From Octopus vulgaris (lineage: Eukaryota): a stretch of 64,000 nt of DNA. Below, one piece after another: positions 13,440 through 26,840 of the stretch (the first letter of the stretch is position 1; each line of letters opens with the position of its first letter). The DNA lies in NCBI GenBank assembly GCA_951406725.2, contig OX597816.1:51460001-51524000 (forward strand). The letters are read 5' to 3'. Under the pieces are notes generated by a model, which had not been told where the DNA came from, made no database searches, and saw nothing but the letters and a program-made list of their open reading frames with translations. A program made the translations under genes and the position numbers.

Positions 13440-13790
13440 CTAGCTACCTAAGTGAACAGTGGTCACAATGAATGAAAAAAGTTGGTGGAAGACTTTGGGT
13501 ATCAGAAAACGTGTGCAAAATGTACATCTTTCAGTTAACACATGATTTGAAAGAGTGTGGTGAGGAAGTCGGTTCTAATCTGCTGGAAGCTTATGAAAAT
13601 GATGAAGACGCAATTTTTTCCGATGCCTTGGTAGGAGATGAAACGTGAACACACACTCAGTTCATGAAATGACGTGACATTTATCCTCCGAGGTCTAGTA
13701 ATTACAGGAACCAGCGATACCAACAGAAGGTCATAGTGATATTTTTCGATTGATATGCGCATTACATTTCTTGATTTTCTAGAACATGAC
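13440..13790 (+). mobile_element. Decayed mariner transposase remnant
   Basis: Fragments FGYQKTCAK (cf. LGYRKVCARWVP), VGDET*TH (cf. TGDETWVH) and DFLEH. Confidence 0.5.
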
Positions 13791-15205
13791 TGTGCCTTGA
13801 AAAACTGGGTGGGACACCGAAAGACCTAAATGGTCAGAGAAGGTATTACGGAGATGAAACTTAACAAGAGTTACGTTATTATACTGGCTATTGACCGAGT
13901 ATGAACTATTCGGATATTAAGAGTGGAATATGAGAAAATAGTTGCGGTGTTTCGAAAACGAACCTGCAGATAATTAGTCAGACACCATGAGTGAACTACT
14001 CACGTAATGGGGGTCATTAATTGACCATTCAGTATGAGGCTGTGGCGTGATATGTTTTTGTTGAGCAACCTAGAATTTGATTTCTGGACCCCACTAAAAA
14101 TCGTATAGTGCGTAGCTTAGATTGTAGAAATCCAATGCACACCTTTCGACAAAGATATTTTTGGACAGATCGCGTGATGTCACACAGACAACTACCTGTA
14201 ATGTCAGAGCATTCTGACTCTGCCCACTACCATTCATCGATTATTGATATTTTTCAAAGTAAATAGTCAACTCCAACTATCTTTATGTCTGACAATAAAT
14301 ATTTCAGCAAAACACCCACTCATTGCTTCAGTTATACTGCGCGTAACTTTCTCCCATCAAGAGATGTCCAGCAATAATACATTCTCCAGAATTTGAACAA
14401 CTGTAATCCCAGTCAGCGACAGGATTAATAATGACTACAGTTGAAGAGTGAAACTCAAAATAAGAGGAGCAGTGTATCAACTCTAATGCAAAACGAATAT
14501 TTATATTATCAATAAAGCCGGAAAGGATGTGAGGTAAAATTAAACTTGGGATATTTTGTAATGTGTACATAACGTTGCATAATTAAACGACAGAAAACAT
14601 AGTTTTCGGATATCTAACTATAATACATTAAAGAATATCGCTTGTATGCGAAACTTAAAACGTGGTTAGCAAACTATGCTTACTCCTCTAGTTTTGGTAT
14701 CGATAGTGTCACTCATTAGAATCCTGCTTCGATTTGTGAGACAGCTTAATAAGTCTCTTTCACGAATCAATGCAGATAAGATTACTGAATACGTTTGGAG
14801 CAGTATATAAATCAGTAGATATAAAAAGAAAAGAAAAATAAAAGATGTGCATATTTTCATTGTTAAGATGAAGTAGAGATTATTACTTCGGCAGTTGCGT
14901 TTTTCTTCAAAGAGAAAATAAATGATGACGGGATCTGCTTGCGATGCTGACTGCAACCTCGTCTCATATTATGCAAAGCTATATTTCTTCTGCTTAGGTG
15001 TTCAATCCGATTCATGCTGACAACGACAATCACCAACATACAAATTCAGTTTAATAACGCTTCCATATTTTAAGTCCATTAGCTTTATAAATATGGTTTG
15101 CTCTCATTTCTCTGGTGAGCCTATACTTTTGAAGATATATAATGAATTGATTTTCTTGGATCTTTTCGCGTTCGGTTGTATCTAACAATATGTATGTACG
15201 AATGC

Positions 15206-15268
<63 letters not shown>

Positions 15269-15293
15269 TATATATATACATATACATAGACAA

Positions 15294-15365
<72 letters not shown>

Positions 15366-15870
15366 TGAGAGAGAGAGAGAGAGAGAACAAAAGAAAGAGA
15401 TCGCTGCAAATTCATGTGTGATTAAGGTCGAGCAGAAAAATGTGCAATAAAAAAATATCTATCATTTCTTGGAAGTTAAAATTTCACAAGTTTTTGTCCG
15501 AATTTTTGCTGTCTAATCTTCAACCCATAATAAAATAAATGAAACATATAAAAATGCTGTAATAGATAAAAAAAATTCGAGTGACTTGATTTGAAATCCA
15601 CAGCAAAATCTAAATGTTATTTACTAGGAAGAAATGAAGAAGTGGTGATTTTCCATGTAGGGCAAAAAAATATGAGTTTATGGGTGACAATACAAGTAGA
15701 TATACGCATACATGCACACACGCCCCACACATATGTATATAAATATAGATAAAGGTATATGTACATATACATGTATAATTTTAGACATATATGTGTGTGT
15801 ATATCTATATGTAAATATGTGTATATATGTGTATATATATATATATATGTGTGTGTTTATATGTGTACAT

Positions 15871-18155
15871 ATGGATTTCCACAATGCAAACTGGGAAGCG
15901 ATCAATAATGATCTTGCACAAGTCGATTGGTCCTTCACGCACACATACACACCCACTAACATCAAAAAGTCCTGGCAGTCACTTGTAGACACCATCACGA
16001 ACATATGTGCAAGACACACCCCATTAAGATCTGCAAACAAATCTAAGTGTCGAATCCCTAGAAATAGAAAATCTCTCATAAGGAAAATTAAAAGAATCAA
16101 CAAAAAGATCAACATGCTGAAATACTGTCAACAGCAACACACCAACGTGACTGTCATCTCGTCGCTAGAGATTAAAAAACATAAACTCCAAAACAACATG
16201 ATGTCTATCATCAATAGTCAGCGAAGAGCTGAAGAGGCCTGGGCCATTGAGAAGATCAAACTCAATCCCAAAGTGTTCTTTTCATTTGCAAAAAAACACA
16301 GAGTCAGTGGTTCTACTGTTGGCCATCTGATTGATGAAAATGGTATTCTTCAAGACAATGCCAAAACCATGGGAGAAATATTGCAAAAACAATATTGCTC
16401 TGTTTTCAGCAATCCTGATATGACTGATCTGGGCTGTATCAGTGATGTTACTCCCCAATACACTTTATCGGACATAACATTTGGCGCTCCTGATGTCTTA
16501 GCAGCAATAAAGGAAATGAAGCATAATTCAGCAGTAGGTCCCGATAGGTTCCCTGCTTGTGTCTTCAAGATGTGTCAAAACCAACTTGCACCCCCTCTAG
16601 CCAATCTGTGGCGGAACTCATTGGATGCTGGATATATACCAGAAGACCTTCTATCCCAGTCTGTTGTCCCAGTTTTCAAAAAAGGAAACAAATCGCTTGC
16701 CGTGAATTACCGTCCAATCTCACTCACCTCTCATATCATCAAGGTATTTGAGAGGGTGCTGAGATCGCGTATGACTCACTTCCTTGAGAGTCACAATATG
16801 CTGAACACCAACCAGCATGGATTCCGTAATGGGAGAGATTGCCTGACGCAGCTACTGCATCATTTTGATGACATTTTGAGAGCCTTGGGAGAGGGTTCCA
16901 ACACTGATGTCATCTACCTTGATTTCAGCAAGGCCTTTGACAGGGTTGATCATAAGATCCTTCTGAGAAAGCTGTCCAATATTGGTCTCACTGGAAAGCT
17001 GCTGCAATGGATCAAGTGTTTCCTCTCTAACAGAACCCAACATGTTGTAGTCGAAGGAGTCAAATCCAGCCCAGCCAAAGTCAGCAGTGGTGTCCCACAA
17101 GGCACTGTGTTGGGCCCACTTCTCTTCATCATCTACATAAATGATATTACTGACACCATCAAACACAGCAACATCAGAACCTTCGCTGATGATTCCAAGC
17201 TCCAGAAGGTCATCAATGGCGTGGATGACCGAATAAACCTTCAGTCAGACCTACTGGCGGTTGTCCAATGGGCGGAAAAGAATAACATGTTGCTAAATGA
17301 AGACAAATTCGAACTGATCCACTTTGGAAGGGAGGACGCTCTGAAACTCCCATACTCTCTTCCTTCTGGAGAAATTCTCATGGCATCCAACAACATCAGA
17401 GAGTGGGAGTAACAGTGGACAACAACATAAGCTGGGCTACACATATAAGCAGCAAAGTTGACATGGCCCGCAGAATGTGTTCCTGGATTCTCAGAACCTT
17501 CCAGTCGAGAGATTCCCACGCTATTATCCTTCTCTTCTCCACTTTTGCCCGACCCCACCTTGAATACTGCTGTCCACTGTGGTCTCCCTACACAAAACAA
17601 AATATTATGAGAATTGAAGCTCCCCAAAGGTCAATCACAAAAAAGATAGATGGCATGTCAGACCTTGACTACTGGGGTAGACTAGAGAAGCTGAAATTGT
17701 ATTCACTCCAACGACGCCGTGAACGCTACATTATCTGTATGATGTGGAAAATATTCCATCAGCACTGTCCGAATGATGTTGGCATCACCTTCAAAATGCA
17801 TCCAAGGCTTGGACCACGTGCCATCCGTCCACAACAAAAATCTAAATCGCATCACATAACGACAATACGGCACAACTATTTCACCTCAATTGGACCCGCT
17901 CTCTTCAACATTACACCAGGACACGTCAAAAAAGAAACTGACCACACAAAATTCAAGAAGTCTTTGGACAAATTCCTTCAAACAGTACCGGACAAACCAT
18001 CCACACCCGGATATGTCTCCGCAAACAATAACTCTCTGCTCGAATGGGCCTTGGTGCCCAAATCCTGAACTGAAAGACTTCGCCAGGTGGTGCTATTAAG
18101 TTAGACATGGCCTGGGCCAATACTGGCCAAAAACCTTTGTAAGTTATTCTAAGTT

Positions 18156-18157
<2 letters not shown>
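15871..18157 (+). mobile_element. 5'-truncated CR1/L2-group LINE, RT domain nearly intact
   Basis: ORF 15871-17412 has GPD, NYRPISLTS, QHGFRNGR, YLDFSKAFDRVDH, SGVPQGTVLGPLLFIIYIND and FADDSKL. One frameshift near 17402 continues into 17403-18068 (RPHLEYC, LYSLQRRRERY). The AP-endonuclease is missing. Tail aagttattctaagtta followed by (AT)n. Confidence 0.95.
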
Positions 18158-18208
<51 letters not shown>

Positions 18209-18433
18209 CGTATAACCATAAAAACACACACGCACACAGACGCGCGAATATATTACATAGATAGATACAGACATATCGATATGGACTATACCAAATTATC
18301 TAAGAAGATATCACATACTTGTATGAATGTACATTAGGCTAAATAAGAAATGAGATATAAACTGAACTTGACTATGTGTAAAAATGTTTAACTCAAGTTA
18401 CAGAAACGAAGATGAGGTTATGCAAAGTGATAT

Positions 18434-18509
<76 letters not shown>

Positions 18510-21155
18510 TTATGTGTGTGATAAAATATGAGAAAATATCATGCTGGTTGAAAAAGAATAGTGATTATCTGATTTCTGTTTGCATGAGATCTCATGAGGT
18601 TACATAATTGCGCAATATTTTTAGAATTCTATATCAAGAACTATTTTCTGAAAAGATTTATACGTTGCCAGACAGGTTATATAATGATGAGTTTATGTTT
18701 CGTCACCTGCAATGACAAAGATTATGAATTAAAGTCATTTAAGCAAAAACTTATGAAATTAATTAATGTTGTAATTACAAATTTGTTTGAAACTAATTTT
18801 AGCATAATCTTTATTTAACAAATATTAGTTTAAATTGTTTGCAATTTTCGACCTTGTGGAACAGCTCAAGCTCTTAAATGCTGTATATGGTGCTATTCTG
18901 AGAAGCCACCAAGCCGGCGGTTTAGCTGGAAATTTATGTTCCCTTGGAGGATCGCATTGAGAAGTCTAACTAGAGCAAGGTGACGATAGATATTGTGCTA
19001 CGGGAATTATGTCAAAGTAATTGGTGGCAAATAAAATTTGATGTCATCAAGGTGGGATGCGGAGTGTTTTGAGGCCAGTCTCTCTAACGAGCTTATAGAA
19101 TGCAAGCCATAACAGGGGTCCGTATGTAGAAGGTCGTCAGGCTGGCTGTGGAGGCAGCAGGGATTGTGTCAAGGTGACTGTGGGGAAGGGAGCTCGGGTC
19201 CTATACGATGCAGTTTCATTAGGGGTAGTTATATTTGGATACATGGTGCAGCTTGAAAAACCCTAGGCTGGTCACCTAGATGAAGGTGTTATTGAAAGAA
19301 ACTGAAGCACCTACATACACCAAGATATATCACTGATGGTGTGAGTAGGTACACCAGAGGATAATATATATAATATATATATATATATTGCTAGGTCAAT
19401 AAAATAAACATTTCAATACTTTAAGCATATCCAGTGTAAGTTATGCAGGTTCACATTCTTGTAATACGTACAACTGCCTATAATTACATTTCGTGAAGCT
19501 TTAATATACAGACCTATTGTATAACCTGACATGGACAATATCTTAAACAGCATATAATGGATAAATTGAGAAACTATAGATACCCACACATGTATTTATT
19601 TTTTTTTACAAAACAACAATCTTTAAGAGGTACTGCATCCTATAGTCTATCTGTGAACACATTTCGATAGATATACAGAGTAATTGTTCTTCCTTTCTAC
19701 TTTCTATTGAAAAATTGTAATCAAGGGAAAAGTTAAAATATGGATATTTCGTTATCACAGTTACATTTTTCTGGATCCAGAGACTAATTCAACGGTTTGA
19801 TACGCTTCGTAGATACTATGCCAGTTCGTTATTGTTTCTATTTGATACTCTATGTGATATATTTATATAAATATATGTATGTATATCTTTAAGTATATAC
19901 ATAGGCATATGTATCAAGACATATGTCTCCATAGGTATGTATCAAATCGAGGAATGGAATAAGTGTTATAGCTAGTCTTTTCAGGCTAATATTTCTCAGT
20001 TTAATCGAAAATGAAGAGGAAGCAGCGATAAACTTTGTGGTAGAAAGAATAAATATGATGAGAGAAAGACTATAAGTTAGATTTGTAGCAAATAATGAAA
20101 TATGTACAAATTCTAAGAAGCCAAATAAGAACAAGAAAGTAAAAATATAATCTAGACTTCGTGTTTATTGAGAAGATAAAGAGATAGAGAGTGAGAAAGT
20201 GGGAGATATATAGAGTTTGCCTTATAGTGCGAGTTTGTCGAAGGGAGCGAATTTAATAATTTAGATACAGAGGCGTCCCTTAATTAAAAAATGTAAGGAG
20301 ATTTAGCTTTTAGAATAAAACAAAGACATGGAGTGGGATAGTGTCAATCGAAAGCTGGTGAGATTAAGGTAGAGAGAAAAACACACTTGGTAAAGAATAT
20401 AAGGCAATAAGTAAAATATGTGTGTGTGGGGGGGTCTATATATTTGTGAATGTGAGTGCGGATGGACAGAGAAAGCGAGATCGACTTGACAGAATAATTG
20501 ATATCTGAATTTAATGAATTTATTGACGTAGTGATAAATGGAAACGAGCTAGGTAGCTAACACGAGAAATGAGGAAGGAAATGTACAGATATAGCCACAA
20601 AGGGGGGGGGGTAATAATTAGCAACGATAACAGAGCATGCAAGTTCAATACAGACAATGGATTAGTAACTGTGTGTGTGTGTGTGTAATAGATACATACA
20701 TGCATGCCTGTATACATACACGCATTCACACACAAACACACATACACACATACATACATAGTGATAATAATAACAATAATCTATGGATGGAATTTATAAA
20801 TATTTTAATGTATCGCTACACGCGTTGCCACGAGTTGCATGCCTTTTACCATCAAAGTCCTTATTCCTGGAATGATAACAGTACACTCCGCAGTATCCTT
20901 GGATATCGGGTGGATCATACTTAGTGCGCTCATCTTATATCATATCGGTACAGGGCGGTACGACCCCATAAAACTGCTATTGCAAGTTTGTATCATTAGG
21001 TTGTAGCCGACATAATAAACTCGGAGTTTTTATATACCTACTCAAAAACGTTTCCTGTAAATGAACTTAAAGTATACATTTACGTGTGTGTTTTTCGGTA
21101 GGTGTATACATATATACATATAACTGTATATAATATGTATCATAATAATATCTAA

Positions 21156-22243
21156 ATAGAGAGATGAAAATCGCGTTGTACGAGTCGGTTGTGTTTTGAG
21201 TTCGCTCTCGTGAGTTTAGAGAGTCTGGGAGTTAATTTTTGTGAGTTCCATGTTAATTGATTGTGAATTAATTATTACTGAATGTTGAAGGCTTTCCCTG
21301 TGCGGGTGTATCCGTATATTTCTGTTGTTTTTAATTCAATTGTATAATAGAGAATTCGAATACCTCGAGCCAGAGCTATGCAGCGGCGGCAACAGGTAGT
21401 GACAATACTGCCGCGTTAAAAGTGACGGACGTAAAGGTAGAAACAGACAGAATTAAAGAATGTGGAAAATTGTTAACAAGTCAAGGAACAGCACTCTCTG
21501 GTACCGCCAAAAGAATTTTCGGAAAGTTTACAAAAAAAACGGTCCTGTACAAGCGCTAAAAGTATCAAAAAATCGAAACCGCGACGACTGAGCGTATAGA
21601 AAACATACTAAAAAATATTAAACAGCTGGCGACGTTTGTAACGAGAGGTCAGAATTTCGGAGTGGTAGAAGTCAGGTTCGCATCTGAGAAAATAGCAGCA
21701 GAGCATGCAGTAGACGCGATTAGGAACGACGAATGGGCTTTCCTACCGATTTACTGCGGCAAAAGAATGGCGAGGGTAAGGGTGAGTAAAATCCCACCCG
21801 AATACGACGAGACGCGAATTATGGCGTCAGTCTTATTCCACATGAAACAGAGTCCGAAAATATTTAAGGCAACAAGAACTCAAAAGGGATGACGTGATGC
21901 CGTTAATAAAGGACTGTCTTTTAGATAGCCCTGAATCAATGGATAGCGAGTAATAAGATGTTTTATTGGAAAGACAATGATTCAAGAATCCGATGCGGAC
22001 CGTAGGAGAATATACAGATTAGCGACTTGCAATGGTATGTTACATGTTAATTAATTGTTATGTAAATACCCGATAATAATGGACTGTAAACAAGATTAAT
22101 GGTACTGCATGTGATGAGGGGCGCATGCAGCCATTCATAACCTCATTGTTATATAATCATCTCATTCATATTCGTTTTATGTATTGCCCCCTCTGTTCTT
22201 GTTTGCCCCCCTCTATGTTGAGCCCTTGTGGCTAGTAAAGAAA
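21156..22243 (+). mobile_element. Internally deleted L1/Tx1-like retrotransposon (5' UTR, ORF1 remnant, 3' end)
   Basis: 15-bp TSD cataataa(t/g)atctaa at 21141-21155 and 22244-22258. ORF1-like SYAAAA and VEVRFASE...LPIYCGKRMARVRVSKIPPEY resemble Tx1 ORF1. Ends ...cccctctatgttgagcccttgtggctagtaaagaaa. Confidence 0.7.
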
Positions 22244-22258
22244 CATAATAAGATCTAA

Positions 22259-22733
22259 TGTCCGATTTGAAGCGACAATTTTTTTTAAATATAAACAAAT
22301 GACTGAAAAAAAGATGAGCTAACCTCAGACTGATTCGAACTCACAAATCGACGCTTTCACGGATCCCTGCGAATATGGCTGGCCAAACGCTCACACATCA
22401 AGTTCAGTAAAATTTAGTTAATATATGAGACTGCCTTGATACGACATAAATGATACTTTTATAATCAAACCCGAAAGTCTTTGCGAGTTACGGAGAGAAA
22501 GGTACTGCGGAAGGCTCATGAAAAGCGTTGATTTGTGAGTTCGATTCAGCCTGAGGTTAGCTCATCATTTCGCAGTCATTTGTTTATATTAAAAAAAATA
22601 GTCGCTTCAAATCGTAGATTAAATATCATTATAATACATATATACAGTTATCATACTATGAGCCTTCCATAGTAGCTTTCTCTCCTTAACTCGCAAAGCC
22701 TTTCGGGTTTCTTTATAAAAACATTATTTATCT
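22259..22733. repeat. Interleaved inverted repeats A'-spacer-B-A-B'
   Basis: 22246-22359 is the reverse complement of ~22519-22632. 22447-22519 is the reverse complement of 22658-22731. Confidence 0.85.
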
Positions 22734-22738
22734 AACAC

Positions 22739-22781
<43 letters not shown>

Positions 22782-22808
22782 AACATACACATATATAAAT
22801 ATATATAA

Positions 22809-22844
<36 letters not shown>

Positions 22845-23558
22845 GTATACGTATACACATATATGTACGTGTGTGTGTATTCATACACAGGCATGCACTA
22901 TATATAAATCACATATATATATATGACTGAGGTAGTGCATATGTTCACTCGCATGTGTAAGAATTATGTACATACGATGTATATGTGTGTAAAGATACAT
23001 TATGTGCCAAGGGTAATTAAGTAAGACAATTTTTTCCTTTGTATTTCATTACTTCGAGATAAAATTTAAAAAACAATATAGACTGATTCAGACAGTGTAA
23101 ATATATTCGCTTACCATATCTTATTTACCGGAACGGTCATTGTTCTCTTCATAAAAGGCACTAATCAAAGATGATTTATTAACGTTTTCTAAATTTAAAG
23201 GAAAGAAACTACATGTATAGATTTCTTCTTGTATGTATGTTCGTGTGCATGTTTTGACATGTCTTCCCATATATTACTTCTTTTCTACACAAGTGTAGAA
23301 TATGTTTTTACAATTCGAACTTATTCATTTCAGTATTTTGCTTTCGGTCCCGGGAAATATAACGTTTAATATTTAATTTCGTTCCAAACCGTTCAATTTT
23401 CATGTAAACAAAATTAGTAGCCAAGTAATATATAATTTAGTCTTACATTTTTCAATATATTATTTTCTGTCAAAGAGGAATTATGTATGGATGCATATCT
23501 ATCTATGTATGTATGTATCTATCTATCTATCTCTCTACCTATCAATCTCTCTCTCTCT

Positions 23559-23604
<46 letters not shown>

Positions 23605-23657
23605 TATATATGTGTGTGTGTGTGCTTATATATGTGGGTATGTATATATGTGTATTT

Positions 23658-23693
<36 letters not shown>

Positions 23694-23759
23694 TATTTGG
23701 GATATACATGAGTGCGTGTGTAAATGTACGCATATATGTATGTATGTATGTATGTATGT

Positions 23760-23807
<48 letters not shown>

Positions 23808-24120
23808 GACGCGTTGCTCACTTGTTAGATTATATAGCCTACGATCGAAAGGTTGTGAGTTTGAATCCCGGCAGCGCGTGATGCTAGATGCTTTCGTTGA
23901 CGTTGCTCCAGTCCACTCAGATCTGGCAAAAATTATTTGTACCAGTAATTCAAAAGATCAGCTTTGTCACATTCTGTGTCACGCAGAATCACCTTGAGAA
24001 ATAGGTTAAAAGTACGCAAGTCTGTGGTGTGCTCATTCACTTGCACGTTATCTTCTCGAGCAGGCTGTCCCGTTAATCGGATGAACTGGAACATTCGACA
24101 TCATAAGTGATCGAGTGCCG
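23808..24120 (+). mobile_element. tRNA-derived SINE (tail type 2), decayed
   Basis: B-box gagtttgaatccc. The 3' half (gtcacattctgtgtcacgc.gaatc...cacttgcacgtta) is shared with 42890-43058. Confidence 0.75.
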
Positions 24121-24161
24121 TTTATACTTAACTATAGTGTGGGTGTGTTAGCATAGAAGTA

Positions 24162-25330
24162 TTGGGTCACCCCATAAACTGAAGGGCGACGGGATAAGCT
24201 ACTTGCATCAACTTGCTATAAAAGCAGGTGGTAAGTTTACCTTGTGTTTATTCTTTGTGCAAGTTTTGAAGAGTGCAGTTCAATTTTAACAGTTTTCAAA
24301 GCCATTATGGAAGTGACAAAGAAGCATATTCAGCATATTTTGCGTTATGAGTTCAATAAGGGCAATAAGCGTTAACCAGTGTCAATGGTGGTTCCAGAAA
24401 TTCCGAGCCGAAAACTACAGCCTAGAAGGCCTTCCTCGTCTTTGAAGATCTATAGAGCTTTATAAGGACGTCCTGCAAATGCTGGTGGGACAATATCCTA
24501 TCGTAACTGTTGAAGAACAAACAGAGACGCTTGGATTTGATCATTGAACCATTAATCGACACGTAAGTACCATCAGAAAAGTCATCAAATTGGATTAAGG
24601 TGTTCCGCACAAACTTTGGAATTATAATCACGCGCGGAGCGTGAGTTTGTGCTCTTTTTTGCTGTCATGTCTCACGAATGAATCTTTTATGGACCGAATA
24701 ACGACTGGTGACAAGAAATGGGTTCTCTATAAAACTGTCAATCACCGAAGACAGTAGGTAGGGAAAGGTGAACCACCAGAATCCCAGGTTAAAGAAGGTC
24801 TTCACCTACGTAAGTTGTTATCTGTTTGGTAGGATATGAAAGGTTTAGTCCACTTTAAGCTCTTAAACCGAAAGCAAACGATAACAAAGATGTAGTGTGA
24901 GCAGCTTTAGCATAAGTCAGCATTAGAAGAAAAACAACTATCTTTCGTTTCGAGACGAAAGGTGTTCTTCCATCAGAATAATCCTCGGACACATACAGTT
25001 AGGATGACATTCCGAAAACTGCAGCAGTTTGAATGGAAAACGATGCTCCACCTACCATATTCATCGGACATTGCCCATCTGATTATCATTTAATCCGCAG
25101 TCTTCAAAGTCATTTGGACGAAAAAAACTATGAATTCTGTAGCATAGTACTGGAGATGTGTTTTTCTTCACGAACAAGTTTAATTTTGGAAGAGGGGTCC
25201 TGCAAGTCTACCGGAAGAGCATTGTAGACAATGAAGGAACGTATATTCTAGATTTAAAAAGGACTTTCCCTTTTAGAATTCTAAAAAATAAAAGCAGTAT
25301 AAGAAACTGCATTATTTATGGGAAGACCTA
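24162..25330 (+). mobile_element. Mariner element, transposase pseudogene
   Basis: TIRs ttgggtcaccccataaa / tttatgggaagaccta with TA flanks. MEVTKKHIQHILRYEFNKG at 24308, TGDKKWVLY, PPYSSDIAPSDYHL. Many stops. Confidence 0.9.
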
Positions 25331-25758
25331 TAAATAAATATTTGTATATTAAGTATTCGTGTATACGTATGTATACACCTACGTTATGCCCGTGCTACAA
25401 ATTATTATTTTTATGTGAATGATTAAATACTAGAACAGAGCTATATACGTAATACCTAATCTATCTCTGATTTTGACAGATACCGCTTAACTACCATTTA
25501 TAAACATTTTTTATCATTAGATTCCCTGTTATGTTAGTCGTATTTAAAACTGTTTACTCGATGCCAACTGCAGCACCCATTCTGTTTGAATATTTCGTAA
25601 ATAGTATATATATATTGGTTATATAATATCAACTTAAATATGTGGCAAAGCGAAAACGATCACTAAATGTAATACGTTAAGGCTTAAGGTACGTTTGAGT
25701 TCTGTACCTTATATTCAATCAAAATGTACTAAAACTATTAGTTATAGCTAATGAAAAA

Positions 25759-26087
25759 TATAGGAATACTCCGTCGGTTACGACGACGAGGGACCCAGCT
25801 GATAATATTAACGGAACAGCTTGCTCGTGAAATTAACGTGCAAGTGAGTAAGCAATCCACAGACACGTGTGCCTTTACTGTAGTTCTCAGGGAGATTCAG
25901 CGTGACACAGAGTGTGACAAGGTCGGTCCTTTGAAATAGAGGTGCAACTCGTTTTTCCCAGCTAAGTGAACTTGTGCAACGTGAAATAAAGTGTCTTGCT
26001 CAAGGACACAACGCGTCGCCGGGAATTGAACTGACGACCTTTCAATCGTGAGAAAAATGCCCTAACCACTAAGCCACGCGCCTTCAC
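25759..26087 (-). mobile_element. tRNA-derived SINE (tail type 2)
   Basis: 15-bp TSD atagctaatgaaaaa. Minus strand has an A-box (tggcttagtgg) and a B-box (gttcaattccc). Confidence 0.9.
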
Positions 26088-26808
26088 ATAGCTAATGAAA
26101 AAAATGATACGGAATAGATCTGATCTGTATTATATTCTTAATCCAGGCACACTCGTGAAAGGAACCTGAAATTCAAACGTTTGTCTCGTTGCATTGTAAA
26201 CACTAAAGCTACTTTCATTACTGTATTCCAGTTGATGTTGTACATAACGATTTCCAGTTCGTTTCAAATGAGTTTTAGTGGCGCAAATGATACATGAAAC
26301 TACTGCAAAGAGCGGTTGCAACTGCTTATAGAAAATCAATGAGCATTCATTCACGTCCATGAGCTTTTAGGTTCTATATAGAGTCAAGGCTAAATCGAGA
26401 TCGTTTAAATCAGCTATTGAAATATATTGAAAATTAATGTCTTATTTCAAGATCGAAACCGTTAAATCTATGTTTACTAACTTCTGGAAAAATAAAACTT
26501 TCGTTCAACTTTCTTATCATGTGAATTCCCATGTATAAACGCACACCATTATCTCTTCGAAATATATGCATTTCCTCTGTCTCTCAGTCTCAGATTTGAC
26601 AATGAATATCGAATGCAAATACATGTGCAGAAATATAAACATACACTAAATTAATTTAGACTAACTGAATTATCAAACAAATCTTTTCACCGGTGAAATC
26701 TCTTGTCATGTTTCTTTGCATACATGTATACATATACATATACATGTGCATATACATGTGCATATACATGTGCATCTACATCTGTATTTACATACATACA
26801 TATTCGCT

Positions 26809-26840
<32 letters not shown>

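Noticed and set aside
15712-15870. N-terminal 53 aa of the 566-aa RT ORF
   Set aside because: Flanking microsatellite read in frame, not part of the LINE.
22447-22495. CCCGAAAG...TTTGCGAG as the 3' half of a hammerhead
   Set aside because: No convincing CUGANGA core or stem I partner upstream.
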